Part shown: in pieces, positions 8,937 to 19,574 of the stretch
Layout of the letters: the number at the start of each line of letters is the position of its first letter
Numbering within the stretch: position 1 is the first letter of the stretch
NCBI GenBank assembly: GCA_025465475.1
Contig: JAODMR010000160.1
Coordinates: 17,744 to 81,743 of the forward strand
Length of the DNA stretch: 64,000 nucleotides
Reading direction: 5' to 3'
DNA from: Micrococcaceae bacterium
GTDB lineage: Bacteria > Actinomycetota > Actinomycetes > Actinomycetales > Micrococcaceae
Program-made: the position numbers and the translations under genes
Notes under the pieces: generated by a model
Database searches by the model: none
What the model saw: only the letters and a program-made list of their open reading frames with translations
What the model was told of the DNA's origin: nothing

Positions 8937-10748
8937 GTGCGAGAATTCAGCGTTCCGGCTGAAGTTGAGGTGCCGCGTACGGTGAATATCACCGACCTGG
9001 TTCTCCGGCAGGCCGCCAAGGCGTCCAACCCTGCACTTTTTGCCGTGCGTGGGCTGGGCGGCGCATGGCAGGACATTTCGGCGCGGACCTTCCGGGCTGA
9101 CGTCGAGGTGCTGGCCAAGGGCCTCATCGCTTCGGGCGTGCAACTCGGCGACCGGGTCGGCATCATGGCGCGTACCCGCTACGAATGGACGCTAGTGGAC
9201 TTCGCGATTTGGTTCGCCGGTGGGGTTTCGGTACCCATCTATGAGACGTCCTCCCCCAGCCAGGTGGCATGGAACCTGGGCGATTCCGGAGCCGTGGGAG
9301 TGTTTGCCGAATCGGCTGCCCACGAGGATGTGATCCGGCAGGCCGCGTCCGCGGAGGGCCTGACCGAACTCCAGCACGTGTGGCAGCTCGACGGCGATGG
9401 CCTGGACGAGCTGCGCCGGGCGGGCGCGCAGGTATCGGATGCAGACCTGGAGCGGCGGCGCAGTACCCATGGCCTGGACGACCTGGCCACCATCATCTAC
9501 ACCTCAGGAACCACGGGCCGGCCCAAGGGCTGCGAGCTGACGCACGGCAATTTCGTGGAGCTCTCGGACAACGCCCTCGCTGTGCTGCCGGAGGTTGTGC
9601 CGGAGGGGTCGCAGACCATCATGTTCCTGCCGCTGGCCCACGTCTTTGCCCGCTTCATCTCCGTGCTGGCCATCGCCTCCGGCGCCAAGGTGGCCCACAC
9701 GCCGGACATCAAGAACCTGCTGGCTGACCTGCAAAGCTTCCAGCCCACCTTCATCCTCGCCGTGCCCCGGGTCTTCGAAAAGGTGTACAACTCGGCCGCG
9801 CTGAAGGCCGACTCGGAAGGTAAAGGCAAAATTTTTGCCAAGGCGGTCGACACCGCGATCGAGTACTCGCGTGCCCGGCAGGCCGGTTCCATTCCCTTCC
9901 TGCTCAGGGCCCGTCACGCGCTGTTCGATCGGCTGGTTTACGGCAAGCTGCGCGCCGCCATGGGTGGCCGGGTCGCGCACGCCGTGTCCGGTGGCGGACC
10001 CCTCGGTGAGCGCCTGGGACATTTCTTCCAGGGCATCGGCCTGCAGATCCTGGAAGGCTACGGGCTGACCGAGACCACGGCACCGGTGACGGTGAACCGG
10101 CCGGCGCTGATCCGCATCGGCACCGTGGGCGTGCCGCTGCCGGGCAACGCGGTGCGGATAGCCGACGACGGCGAGATCCTCGCCAAGGGGGTCAGCGTCA
10201 TGCGCGGCTACTATCACCGCGAGGACCTGACCCGGGAAGCGTTCGTGGACGGGTGGTTCCGGACCGGTGATGTGGGTGAGCTGGACCCGGACGGTTTCCT
10301 GCGGATCACCGGGCGAAAGAAGGAAATCATCGTCACGGCAAGCGGAAAGAACGTGGTTCCGGCTTTGCTGGAGGACCAGATCCGCGCCGACGCCATCGTC
10401 TCGCAGTGCCTGGTGCTCGGGGACCAGCGGCCGTTCGTGGCAGCCCTGGTCACCCTTGATGAGGAGGCGCTGCCGAAGTGGGCGGAGCACCACGGCCTGC
10501 CGGCAGGACTGACGGTCACCGAGGCGGCGTCCTCCGAGGTGGTGCTGGCGGCAGTGCAGAAGGCTGTCGACGCAGCGAACCAATCCGTGTCCAAGGCGGA
10601 AGCGATCAAGGCGTTCCGGATCGTGCCCTCCGACTTCACTGAGTCTTCGGGCCACCTGACACCGTCGCTGAAGGTCAAGCGCGCCCAGGTGTTGAAGGAC
10701 TTTGAGACGGTGGTTGACGGAATGTACGGGGCGCCTAAACCCTCCTGA
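8937..10748 (+). CDS. long-chain fatty-acid--CoA ligase (AMP-forming, FadD15-like)
   Basis: AMP-binding motifs 'IIYTSGTTGRPKG', 'GYGLTET', 'TGDVGELDPDGFLRITGRKKEII'. AAGGAG RBS 5 nt before the GTG start. Confidence 0.9.
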   Translation: MREFSVPAEVEVPRTVNITDLVLRQAAKASNPALFAVRGLGGAWQDISARTFRADVEVLAKGLIASGVQLGDRVGIMARTRYEWTLVDFAIWFAGGVSVPIYETSSPSQVAWNLGDSGAVGVFAESAAHEDVIRQAASAEGLTELQHVWQLDGDGLDELRRAGAQVSDADLERRRSTHGLDDLATIIYTSGTTGRPKGCELTHGNFVELSDNALAVLPEVVPEGSQTIMFLPLAHVFARFISVLAIASGAKVAHTPDIKNLLADLQSFQPTFILAVPRVFEKVYNSAALKADSEGKGKIFAKAVDTAIEYSRARQAGSIPFLLRARHALFDRLVYGKLRAAMGGRVAHAVSGGGPLGERLGHFFQGIGLQILEGYGLTETTAPVTVNRPALIRIGTVGVPLPGNAVRIADDGEILAKGVSVMRGYYHREDLTREAFVDGWFRTGDVGELDPDGFLRITGRKKEIIVTASGKNVVPALLEDQIRADAIVSQCLVLGDQRPFVAALVTLDEEALPKWAEHHGLPAGLTVTEAASSEVVLAAVQKAVDAANQSVSKAEAIKAFRIVPSDFTESSGHLTPSLKVKRAQVLKDFETVVDGMYGAPKPS

Positions 10749-11499
10749 CTGGCCCGGCAAGATCCAGGCCGAGGAGCGCGTTCTCGACGACCTCGGTCAG
10801 GGCCGGGTGGATCCAGTACTGTCCGCGGGCCATTGTTGCCGCGTCCAGGCCGAAGGCCATGGCCTGGATCAGCGGCTGGATCAGCAGGTTGTGGGCCACC
10901 ACCCGGGCTTCGGCGTTGGCAACGTGTTTCAGCCGGCGTGCACTGCTGATGTCGCCCAGCGCCCAGACCCCGGGTACAGGGGATCCCCCGGAGAGCACGC
11001 GTTGATGTTCGTCCACCGCGAGCCGGCGGTCGTCGTGCAGGTCGAAACCGGCCCGGGCGGAGTCGAGGTCTTCGGCGCGGGGCACCCGTCCGGTGGCAAG
11101 CAGCACCAGGTCTGCCTCGAGGTGCCGCATGCCGCCCGGTCCGCTTGCCGGCCGGAGTCGGACGGTGACCGGCCGCTCCCCGCTACGCTTTTGGGTTGCG
11201 GTGGGGACGATGCCGTCCACCTCGTACCCGGGGATCAGGGTCCATCGGTCGCAGACCAGGGACGTGAAACGCAGCGATCACCACCTGGTCGGCGGTGAGA
11301 ACCTGGCCGCTGGCCATCACAAGGCTGCTGGGACCGGTGAAGCGGGCCCTCTCCCGGTAGAGCGTGACGTTGGAACCCGAACGGCAGCGGTGCCGTTCCC
11401 CAGCGGTGGAGACAGGGCGATGCGCAGGTGCTCGAAGCCGGGTCCGGGCAGCGAATTGCCGGACCCGGCTCCGAGGATGATGAGGTCGTAGTGCCTCAT
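10735..11499 (-). pseudogene. eroded pyridine-nucleotide-disulfide oxidoreductase (mycothione-reductase-like) gene
   Basis: N-terminal Rossmann 'MRHYDLIILGAGSGNSLPGPGF' (ATG 11499), then the frame collapses. A second frame retains 'NVTLYRERARFTGP..LTADQVVIAA'. The 161-aa ORF (10735-11220) retains 'LLATGRVP', 'VWALGD', 'LKHVANAEARVVAHNLL' and the C-terminal 'ARGQYWIHPALTEVVENALLGL'. The footprint is about 765 bp, against about 1.4 kb for an intact family member. Confidence 0.7.
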
Positions 11500-11506
11500 G
11501 CCGTCG

Positions 11507-14500
11507 TTAGGGGGTGACGGTGAGAAGGAGGTCACCACCTTGAACCTGGGCGACGCCGTGGACGGCGATACGGGTGACGGTGCCGGTGATAGGGGTGGTG
11601 ATGGAGGCTTCCATCTTCATGGCTTCGATGGTGGCGATCGCGGCTCCGGCCTGAACGGTGTCGCCCTCCTTCACGGTGACGGTGACCGCCCCGGCGAAGG
11701 GGGCGGGGACCTGGCCGGGGGTGTTGGGGTCGGCCTTTTCCGCGGCTTTGACGGTGCTTTCCACGCTGCGGTCCCGCACGGTGACGGGCCGGGACTGTCC
11801 GTTGAGGGTCAGCATCACGGTGCGCATGCCCTTCTCGTCCACCTCGGAGACCGCTTCCAGGGACGCAATCAGGCGCACGCCCTTGCCCAGGGTGATGGTG
11901 TGTTCCTGGCCGCGCTGCAGCCCGTAGAGGTAGTCGCGGGTGTCCAGCACGGACACGTCACCGAACGTTTCCCTGGTTTTCAGGAAGTCCTTGGTCGGGC
12001 CGGGGAACAGCAACCGGTTCAGGGTCGCCCGACGGGTCACCGGGTCGCCCTGCAGGGCCTGGGCGTCCTCCGTGCTGAGGTCCACGTCGCGGACCTTGAT
12101 GGTCCGGCCCTGCAGCGCCTTGGTGCGGAACGGTTCGGGCCAGCCGCCGGGCGGGTCCCCAAGCTCTCCGGAGAGGAACCCGATGACGGAGTCGGGCACG
12201 TCGTAGTTCTGCGGGTTTTCCTGGAAGTCGGCCGGGTCGGCCTTGATGCCCACCAGGTGCAGGGCCAGGTCCCCGACGACCTTGGAGGACGGGGTGACCT
12301 TGACCAGCCGGCCCAGGATCCGGTCCGCCGCGGTGTACATGTCCTCGATCTCCTCGAATCGTTCGCCCAGGCCCAGGGCGATGGCCTGCTGGCGCAGGTT
12401 CGACAGCTGCCCGCCCGGGATCTCGTGCCGGTACACCCGCCCGGTCGGGCCCGGCAGGCCCGACTCGAAGGGGGCGTACACCCGGCGCACAGCCTCCCAG
12501 TACGGTTCCAGCGCGCTGACTGCCGCCAGGTCGATCCCGGTGTCCCGGGGCGTGTGGGCCAGGGCCGCAACCAGCGCCGACGCGGAAGGCTGGGACGTTG
12601 TGCCGGCCAGGGACGCGGCGGCGACGTCGACCGCGTCCACCCCGGCGTCCACGGCCGCGAGCAGCGTCGCGAGCTGGCCGCCGGCGGTGTCGTGGGTGTG
12701 CAGGTGCACCGGCAGGTCGAACTCGGCCCGCAACGCGGCCACCAACCGGGCGGCAGCGGCCGGGCGGAGCAGCCCGGCCATGTCCTTGATCGCCAGGATG
12801 TGCGCCCCGGCAGCAACGATGCGCCGGGCAAGGCCCAGATAATACTCCAGCGTGTACAGGGTCTCTGCCGGGTCCAGCATGTCAGCGGTGTAGCACAACG
12901 CGACCTCGGCCACGGCCGTCCCGGTCGCCCGGACCGCCCGGATCGCCGGTTCCATCTGCGCCACATCATTCAACGCATCAAAGATCCGGAAAATGTCGAT
13001 CCCGCCCGCAGCCGCTTCCTGCACGAACGCGACGGTCACCGCCTCCGGATACGGGGTGTAGCCCACCGTGTTCCGGCCCCGCAGCAGCATCTGCAGGCAC
13101 ACGTTCGGCAACGCCGCCCGCAGGGTGGCCAACCGCTCCCACGGGTCCTCCCCCAGGAACCGCAACGCCACATCGTACGTCGCCCCGCCCCACGCCTCCA
13201 CCGAGAGCAGCTGAGGAGTCAGGGCCGACACGGCCGCCCCCGCCGCGGCCAGGTCCCGCGTCCGGACCCGTGTCGCCAGCAGGGACTGGTGCGCGTCCCG
13301 GAACGTGGTGTCAGTGACCGCCACCGCAGTCTGGTCCCTCAGCGCCGCAGCAAAACCCTCCGGCCCCAGCTCCTGCAGCCGCTGCCGCGACCCCGCCGGC
13401 AGGTCCATCCCCGACACGTCCGGCAGCTTCGCTGCCGGGTCCGCGTGCACCGGCAGCTCCCCGTACGGCTTGTTCACTGTCACATCCGCCAGCCAGGTCA
13501 GCAGCCGGGTGCCGCGGTCAGCCGAGGTACGGGCATGCAGCAGCTCCGGCCGCTCATCAATGAAGGACGTCGCCACGTTCCCGGCCACGAAATCCGGGTC
13601 ATCCAGCACCGCCTGCAGAAACGGAATGTTCGTCGACACGCCACGGATCCGGAACTCCGCCAACGCCCGACGCGCCCGGGCCACCGCCAACGGATACGTC
13701 CGTCCCCGGCACGTCAGTTTCACCAGCATCGAATCAAAGTGCGGGCTGATATCAGCCCCGGAATACACCGTGCCGCCATCGAGCCGGATCCCGGCCCCGC
13801 CAGCGGACCGGTACCCGGTGATCCGGCCCACGTCCGGCCGGAACCCGTTCGCCGGGTCCTCCGTGGTGATGCGGCACTGCAAAGCCGCTCCCCGGATCGC
13901 GACCGTGTCCTGGCTCAGACCCAGGTCCGCCAACGACTCTCCCGCGGCGATCCGCAACTGGGACTGCACCAGGTCAACGTCGGTGATCTCCTCCGTCACC
14001 GTGTGTTCCACCTGGATCCGCGGATTCATCTCAATAAAGAAGTGCTGCCCGGCCCGCTCCCCCACCGTGTCCACCAGGAACTCAACAGTCCCGGCGTTGA
14101 CGTAGTTCAGGGCCCTCGCGAACGCCAGCGCGTCCCGGTACAGGGCCTGCCGGATCGTGTCGTCCAGGTTCGGGGCCGGAGCGATCTCCACCACCTTCTG
14201 GTGCCGGCGCTGCAACGAACAATCCCGCTCGAACAGGTGCATCACATTGCCCTGCCCATCGGCCAGGATCTGCACCTCAATGTGACGCGGCCGCAGCACC
14301 GCCTGCTCCAGGAACATCGTCGGATCCCCGAACGCGGCATCCGCTTCACGCATCGCGGCCCGCAACGCCTCCGGCAGCTCCTCCCGCGTGTCAACCCGCC
14401 GCATGCCCCGGCCACCACCACCGGCGACGGCCTTGGCGAAAATGGGGAACCCGATGTCTTCCGCCGACGCGATCAGCTCGTCCAGGTCAGCGCTCGGCGC

Positions 14501-14905
14501 GCTGGAGGCCAGCACCGAAATCCCGGCCTTACGGGCCGCCTCCAGGGCGCGGACCTTATGCCCGGCCAATTCCAGAACCTCAGCAGGCGGTCCCACGAAC
14601 GTGATGCCCGCCTCCGACGCCGCCCGCGCCAAGTCAGGATTCTCCGACAGGAAACCATAACCAGGATAAATTGCGTCCGCGCCCGACTCCTTCGCGACGC
14701 GGATCACCTCCGCCACGTCCAGGTACGCCCGGACCGGGTGCCCCTCCGACCCGATCAGATACGCTTCATCGGCCTTCTGCCGGTGGATGGAGTTACGGTC
14801 CTCATACGGGAAAACCGCCACCGTCTTCGCGCCCAGCTCATAACCGGCCCGGAACGCGCGGATAGCAATCTCACCACGGTTGGCCACCAAAATCTTCGAA
14901 AACAT
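11507..14905 (-). CDS. pyc: pyruvate carboxylase
   Basis: 1132 aa from 'MFSKILVANRGEIAIRAFRA' (biotin carboxylase), then a carboxyltransferase TIM barrel and a C-terminal biotinyl motif 'EAMKME'. The track ATG at 15001 was rejected as a 32-codon non-homologous extension. Confidence 0.95.
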   Translation of the reverse strand: MFSKILVANRGEIAIRAFRAGYELGAKTVAVFPYEDRNSIHRQKADEAYLIGSEGHPVRAYLDVAEVIRVAKESGADAIYPGYGFLSENPDLARAASEAGITFVGPPAEVLELAGHKVRALEAARKAGISVLASSAPSADLDELIASAEDIGFPIFAKAVAGGGGRGMRRVDTREELPEALRAAMREADAAFGDPTMFLEQAVLRPRHIEVQILADGQGNVMHLFERDCSLQRRHQKVVEIAPAPNLDDTIRQALYRDALAFARALNYVNAGTVEFLVDTVGERAGQHFFIEMNPRIQVEHTVTEEITDVDLVQSQLRIAAGESLADLGLSQDTVAIRGAALQCRITTEDPANGFRPDVGRITGYRSAGGAGIRLDGGTVYSGADISPHFDSMLVKLTCRGRTYPLAVARARRALAEFRIRGVSTNIPFLQAVLDDPDFVAGNVATSFIDERPELLHARTSADRGTRLLTWLADVTVNKPYGELPVHADPAAKLPDVSGMDLPAGSRQRLQELGPEGFAAALRDQTAVAVTDTTFRDAHQSLLATRVRTRDLAAAGAAVSALTPQLLSVEAWGGATYDVALRFLGEDPWERLATLRAALPNVCLQMLLRGRNTVGYTPYPEAVTVAFVQEAAAGGIDIFRIFDALNDVAQMEPAIRAVRATGTAVAEVALCYTADMLDPAETLYTLEYYLGLARRIVAAGAHILAIKDMAGLLRPAAAARLVAALRAEFDLPVHLHTHDTAGGQLATLLAAVDAGVDAVDVAAASLAGTTSQPSASALVAALAHTPRDTGIDLAAVSALEPYWEAVRRVYAPFESGLPGPTGRVYRHEIPGGQLSNLRQQAIALGLGERFEEIEDMYTAADRILGRLVKVTPSSKVVGDLALHLVGIKADPADFQENPQNYDVPDSVIGFLSGELGDPPGGWPEPFRTKALQGRTIKVRDVDLSTEDAQALQGDPVTRRATLNRLLFPGPTKDFLKTRETFGDVSVLDTRDYLYGLQRGQEHTITLGKGVRLIASLEAVSEVDEKGMRTVMLTLNGQSRPVTVRDRSVESTVKAAEKADPNTPGQVPAPFAGAVTVTVKEGDTVQAGAAIATIEAMKMEASITTPITGTVTRIAVHGVAQVQGGDLLLTVTP

Positions 14906-14982
14906 TCCACTCCTGCGATCTACCGTCAGCGGGCACGCCGCCACGAAGAATGCGACAGCGCAGGTGGTGCAAGTCTCTAGGA

Positions 14983-15016
14983 CCGGGGGCCGCGGGCACA
15001 AGTCCGCGGCCTCCGG
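14983..15016 (-). terminator. GC-rich hairpin after gcvP (U-tract-less terminator candidate)
   Basis: Stem GGCCGCGG/CCGCGGCC (14988-14995/15004-15011), extended by CCGGG/TCCGG, 8-nt loop. It lies 5 nt beyond the gcvP stop. Confidence 0.35.
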
Positions 15017-15020
15017 TTCG

Positions 15021-17915
15021 TCATACTTCGGCGAGCTCCTCGATGGAGGGGCAGGAACAGATCAGGTTGCGGTCGCCGTACGCCTGGTCAACGCGGCGGA
15101 CCGGCGGCCAGTACTTGGCCCGTGGGTCGACGCCGGCCGGATAGACGGCCTCTTCCCTCGAGTACGGGTGCGTCCAGTCGGACGTCAGGCTTTGCGCGGT
15201 GTGCGGGGCGAAGACCAGCGGGTTGTCGTCGGCGGGCCACAGCCCGTCCTGCACGGCAGCGATCTCCTTGCGGATCGCGATCATCGCGTCGATGAAACGG
15301 TCAATCTCGGCCAGGTCCTCGGACTCGGTGGGTTCCACCATGAGGGTTCCGGCGACCGGGAAGGACATGGTGGGGGCGTGGAACCCGTAGTCAATCAGCC
15401 GCTTGGCGACGTCGTCGACGCTCACTCCCGAGTCGGCGGTGATGCCGCGCAGGTCAAGGATGCACTCGTGCGCCACGAGGTCCGAGGCGCCGGTGTACAG
15501 CACCGGGTAGTGGGCGCTGAGCCGCCGGGCGATGTAGTTGGCGGACAGGATGGCGGTCTGGGTGGCGCGGCGGAGTCCGGCCGGGCCCATCATGCGGATG
15601 TAGGCCCAGGAGATGGGCAGGATCGACGCGGAGCCGTAGGGTGCTGCCGACACCAGGCCGACGGTGGAGTCCTGGCTCAGTTCACGGGCCGGCAGGTGCG
15701 GTGCCAGGTGTTCCCGGACGGCCACGGGTCCCACTCCCGGGCCGCCACCGCCGTGCGGAATGCAGAATGTCTTGTGCAGGTTCAGGTGAGACACGTCCGC
15801 GCCGAACTTGCCTGGCTTGGCCAGGCCTACGAGGGCGTTGAGGTTGGCGCCGTCGACGTAAACCTGCCCGCCGGCGTCGTGGATCATGGCGCAGATTGCT
15901 GTGATTTCGGTTTCGAAGACACCGTGCGTGGACGGGTAGGTGATCATGAGGGCAGCGAGGTCATCGGCGTGTACCGTGACCTGGCGCTTGAGGTCGTCGA
16001 GGTCCACGTTGCCGAACCCGTCGGTTGCCACGGCGACGACCTTCAGACCGGCCATGACGGCGGAGGCAGCGTTGGTGCCGTGGGCGCTGGTGGGAATAAG
16101 GACGATGTTTCGTTCCGGCTGGCCGTTCTCCCGGTGGTAGGCCCGGATGGCCAGCAGTCCCGCCAATTCACCCTGAGACCCGGCGTTGGGTTGCACCGAC
16201 ACGGCGTCGTAGCCGGTAATCTCGGCCAGCCAGGACTCCAGCTGGGTGGCCAGCTCAACGATGCCGACGGTGTCTGCCGCCGGCGCGAACGGGTGAAGGT
16301 TGGAGAATTCGGGCCAGGAGATGGCGGCCATTTCCGCCGTGGCGTTGAGTTTCATGGTGCAGGAACCCAGCGGGATCATGCCCCGGTCCAGGGCGTAGTC
16401 GGCGTCGGCGAGGCGGCGGAGGTAGCGCAGCATCTGGGTTTCCGAGTTGTGCGTGGAGAAGACCGGGTTGGTCATATAGGCGGTGCTGCGGGCCGGGGTA
16501 GGCGAAGCAGTGGCTGCCTGCTGCTGGTTGCCGCCGAGTAGCCGCGCCAGCACGTCGACATCTTCGGCGGTGGTGGTTTCGTCCACGGCGATCTGGATGT
16601 GGTCATGGTCGACCAGGCGCAGCAGGTACCCGGCGGCCGAGGCTGCAGCGACAACCTCCTGCGCGGCGTGTCCGCTGATGCTGGCGATGCGGATCTTGAC
16701 GGTATCGAAGAAGTTTTCGTGGACCAGTGTGTGCCCGCCGGCCGTGGCCGCAGCAGCGACCCCGGCGGCCAGTTGCGCCACGCGTCTGGCGATGGCTTTC
16801 AGCCCTTGGGGTCCGTGGTACACGGCGTACATCCCGGCCATAACGGCGAGCAGCACCTGGGCGGTGCAGATGTTGGAGGTCGCTTTTTCCCGGCGGATGT
16901 GCTGCTCACGGGTCTGCAGCGCCAGCCGGTAGGCCTGGTTTCCGGCGGCGTCCTTGGACACACCGACCAGCCGGCCGGGCAGCGCCCGTTCGAGGCCTGC
17001 GCGGACGGACATGTATCCGGCGTGCGGACCGCCGTAACCCATGGGCACGCCGAAGCGCTGTGACGTGCCCACCGCGACGTCGGCACCCAGGGTGCCGGGC
17101 GCCTCGAGCAGGGTCAAGGCCAGCAGGTCAGCGGCCACGCCGACCAGGGCGTTGCGCTCCTTGGCGGCGGCGATGATCGGGGCCAGGTCCCGGATCTTCC
17201 CCGAATCCCCCGGGTACTGCAGCAGCACGGCGAAGTAGTCCGTGTCGGGCAGCCCTGCATCGAAGTCGTGGACCAATACGGGGATGGCCATGGCCTCAGC
17301 CCGGGTGGTGATCACGGCGAGGGTTTGCGGGAAGACGTCGGCGTCCACCACAAAGGCGGCCTCGGCGGCGGCGGTCCGGTTGGAGCGGCGCAGCAGGGTC
17401 ATCGCTTCGGCGGCTGCCGTTCCCTCGTCGAGCATGGAGGCGTTGGCGGTGGCCATGCCGGTCAGGTCTGCCACGACGGTTTGGAAGTTGAGCAGCGCTT
17501 CCAGACGGCCCTGGGAAATTTCGGGCTGGTAGGGCGTGTAGGCCGTGTACCAGGAGGGGCTTTCCAGCACGTTGCGCTGGATGACGCCTGGGGTGAGGGT
17601 GCCGTAGTAGCCCTGCCCTATCAAGGATTTCCGGACGGTGTTCTTGCTGGCGATGGTCCGCAGTTCAGCAAGCATGGCCTCCTCCGATGCCGCGGCGGGG
17701 AGGTTCAGCGGGGTATCGAGTTGGATGCTTTCGGGCACCGCGGCCCGGCACAACTCCTCCAGGGAGCCGAAACCGAGGGTGCTCAACATAGTATGAAGGT
17801 GGGGTTCCATGGTGACCCCGATGTGCCGGTCGCTGAATGCGGCCGATACAGTGCTGTCAGACAGAGGGCTTGTGGCCGTGGTCGCGGGGGCGGGGCTGTT
17901 GGTGCTCTTTTTCAA
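15021..17915 (-). CDS. gcvP: glycine dehydrogenase (aminomethyl-transferring), glycine cleavage P protein
   Basis: 964 aa. 'FSDRHIG' N-terminus and PLP-lysine motif '[18 protein letters not shown]'. Apparent TTG start with GGAGA 6 nt upstream. Confidence 0.95.
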   Translation of the reverse strand: MKKSTNSPAPATTATSPLSDSTVSAAFSDRHIGVTMEPHLHTMLSTLGFGSLEELCRAAVPESIQLDTPLNLPAAASEEAMLAELRTIASKNTVRKSLIGQGYYGTLTPGVIQRNVLESPSWYTAYTPYQPEISQGRLEALLNFQTVVADLTGMATANASMLDEGTAAAEAMTLLRRSNRTAAAEAAFVVDADVFPQTLAVITTRAEAMAIPVLVHDFDAGLPDTDYFAVLLQYPGDSGKIRDLAPIIAAAKERNALVGVAADLLALTLLEAPGTLGADVAVGTSQRFGVPMGYGGPHAGYMSVRAGLERALPGRLVGVSKDAAGNQAYRLALQTREQHIRREKATSNICTAQVLLAVMAGMYAVYHGPQGLKAIARRVAQLAAGVAAAATAGGHTLVHENFFDTVKIRIASISGHAAQEVVAAASAAGYLLRLVDHDHIQIAVDETTTAEDVDVLARLLGGNQQQAATASPTPARSTAYMTNPVFSTHNSETQMLRYLRRLADADYALDRGMIPLGSCTMKLNATAEMAAISWPEFSNLHPFAPAADTVGIVELATQLESWLAEITGYDAVSVQPNAGSQGELAGLLAIRAYHRENGQPERNIVLIPTSAHGTNAASAVMAGLKVVAVATDGFGNVDLDDLKRQVTVHADDLAALMITYPSTHGVFETEITAICAMIHDAGGQVYVDGANLNALVGLAKPGKFGADVSHLNLHKTFCIPHGGGGPGVGPVAVREHLAPHLPARELSQDSTVGLVSAAPYGSASILPISWAYIRMMGPAGLRRATQTAILSANYIARRLSAHYPVLYTGASDLVAHECILDLRGITADSGVSVDDVAKRLIDYGFHAPTMSFPVAGTLMVEPTESEDLAEIDRFIDAMIAIRKEIAAVQDGLWPADDNPLVFAPHTAQSLTSDWTHPYSREEAVYPAGVDPRAKYWPPVRRVDQAYGDRNLICSCPSIEELAEV

Positions 17916-18059
17916 TGGGGTCTCCAGTCAGCGAACGTTCCAGCACCAGTCTAAGCGGCGCGGGACGCTGCCGATTTTTTTCCGGCCGGGCCGCCGCCAC
18001 CACACCCGCTGCCTCGACGGCGCACTGAAAACAGTCAACGTGAGGTTCAGGATCCGCCC

Positions 18060-18896
18060 GTGCACGTAGTAAGCATCAGCAGCCTTAAGGGCGGCGTCGG
18101 CAAGACGTCAGTGACGTTGGGCCTGGCCTCGGCGGCCCTGGCGGCAGGGGTTCCCACCCTGGTGATTGACCTTGACCCGCACGCCGATGCGAGCACCGGC
18201 CTGGGCGTCAGCCCCGACGGCCGGCAGGACATAGGCCGCCTGCTTCGCAATGCCCGCAAGGCTGATCTGGCGGCGAATGTGGTACCGAGCGGCTGGGTCG
18301 CCCGGGCCGGGACGGCGGGCGGGCGGGCGCCGGTGCTCGATGTTGCCGTGGGCTCGGCGTACAGCGGCATCTATGACCGGCCCGACCTGGGCCGGAGGGA
18401 CCTTCGTCGGCTCAGCGTCCTGCTCGCCAATGCGACGCAGGAGCGGAGCCGGGGCAGGTACGGGCTGGTCCTGATTGACTGCCCGCCGTCGTTGAACGGC
18501 TTGACCCGGATGGCCTGGACGGCCAGCAGCAGGGTGTTGCTGGTGGCGGAGCCGGCCCTGTTCTCGGTGGCCGGCACGCAGCGGACCATGCGTGCCATTG
18601 AGCTTTTCCGTAAGGAGTTTGCCCCGTCCCTGCAGCCGGCGGGGATCGTGGCGAACCGGGTCCGGGATTCTTCCGCGGAGCATACCTTCCGGCTGGGCGA
18701 AATGCGGGAGATGTTTGGTTCCCTGCTGCTCTCGCCGATCATCCCCGACCAGGCCGACTGGCAGCAGATTCAGGGCGCGGCGCACCCGGTGCATCAGTGG
18801 CCGGGCGAATCAGCGCGGCAGGGTGCGGCGCTGTTCGACGAACTGCTGGCGGGCCTGCTGGCGCGGACCGCGTCGCGCGACCGCGTCTACCGCTGA
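18060..18896 (+). CDS. ParA/MinD-family P-loop ATPase (orphan; no adjacent parB)
   Basis: Deviant Walker A 'SLKGGVGKTSVTLGLA', plus 'LVIDLDPH' and 'LVLIDCPPSL'. GTG start. Confidence 0.8.
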   Translation: MHVVSISSLKGGVGKTSVTLGLASAALAAGVPTLVIDLDPHADASTGLGVSPDGRQDIGRLLRNARKADLAANVVPSGWVARAGTAGGRAPVLDVAVGSAYSGIYDRPDLGRRDLRRLSVLLANATQERSRGRYGLVLIDCPPSLNGLTRMAWTASSRVLLVAEPALFSVAGTQRTMRAIELFRKEFAPSLQPAGIVANRVRDSSAEHTFRLGEMREMFGSLLLSPIIPDQADWQQIQGAAHPVHQWPGESARQGAALFDELLAGLLARTASRDRVYR

Positions 18897-18935
18897 ATGG
18901 CGGGTCGCGTTCCTTTATCGGGACTCGAGCGCGGG

Positions 18936-18969
18936 AGTCGCAACGTTGAAAGTCGCAACGTTGAGAGTC
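18936..18969. repeat. 15-bp tandem repeat carrying the palindrome CAACGTTG twice
   Basis: AGTCGCAACGTTGAa / AGTCGCAACGTTGAg / AGTC (18936-18969), in the convergent gap between the parA-like gene and merR. The two CAACGTTG copies can pair as an 8-bp hairpin. Confidence 0.7.
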
Positions 18970-18980
18970 CGGCGGGTTGG

Positions 18981-19574
18981 TCAGGAGATTTTTCGGGCCG
19001 CCCGGCGTTTGCTGAGTTCATCGTCGGGAAAGGACGGTTCCGCTGCGTGCTCGCTGGGAAGGGCCGCCAGGCTGCCCTCCACTTCCCGCCAAACCCGGCC
19101 GACGGCGATGCCGAAGACCCCTTGGCCGCCCTGCACCAGATCGATGACCTCATCCGCGGAGGTGCACTCGTACACGGACGCTCCGTCGCTCATCAGCGTG
19201 ATCTGCGCCAGGTCCTCCACACCGCGCTCCCGCAGGTGTTCGACGGCGGTGCGGATCTGTTGGAGCGAGACCCCGGTGTCCAGCAGCCGTTTGACGACCT
19301 TCAGGACCAGGATGTCCCGGAAGCCGTACAGCCGCTGTGAGCCGGATCCGGCCGCGCCGCGGACCGCTGGTTCAACCAGTCCGGTGCGCGCCCAGTAGTC
19401 CAGCTGGCGATAAGTGATTCCTGCCGCTTTGCAGGCGGTGGGGCCACGATAACCGGCGTCCTCATCCAGGACCGGTAAATCCTCAGTGAAAAGCAGCCCC
19501 TGGGCTCCGGCCGGTAGGGCCTTCCCGGGGACGGCGGCGTGCTTCAGCTCGCCCGCGTCGCCTTTCGGACTCAC
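18981..19574 (-). CDS. MerR-family transcriptional regulator (Rv1830 type)
   Basis: HTH 'YRGPTACKAAGITYRQLDYWARTGLVEP' followed by 'YGFRDILVLKVVKRLLDTGVSLQQIR'. AAGGAGGA RBS before the GTG at 19574. Confidence 0.8.
   Translation of the reverse strand: MSPKGDAGELKHAAVPGKALPAGAQGLLFTEDLPVLDEDAGYRGPTACKAAGITYRQLDYWARTGLVEPAVRGAAGSGSQRLYGFRDILVLKVVKRLLDTGVSLQQIRTAVEHLRERGVEDLAQITLMSDGASVYECTSADEVIDLVQGGQGVFGIAVGRVWREVEGSLAALPSEHAAEPSFPDDELSKRRAARKIS

Noticed and set aside
11498-14980. 1160-aa ORF on the + strand opposite pyc
   Set aside because: It is an antisense shadow ORF. Its Arg/Gly/Pro/His-rich composition has no motif, while the minus strand encodes a full-length pyruvate carboxylase with all domains. 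Long stop-free reverse frames are expected at this GC content.
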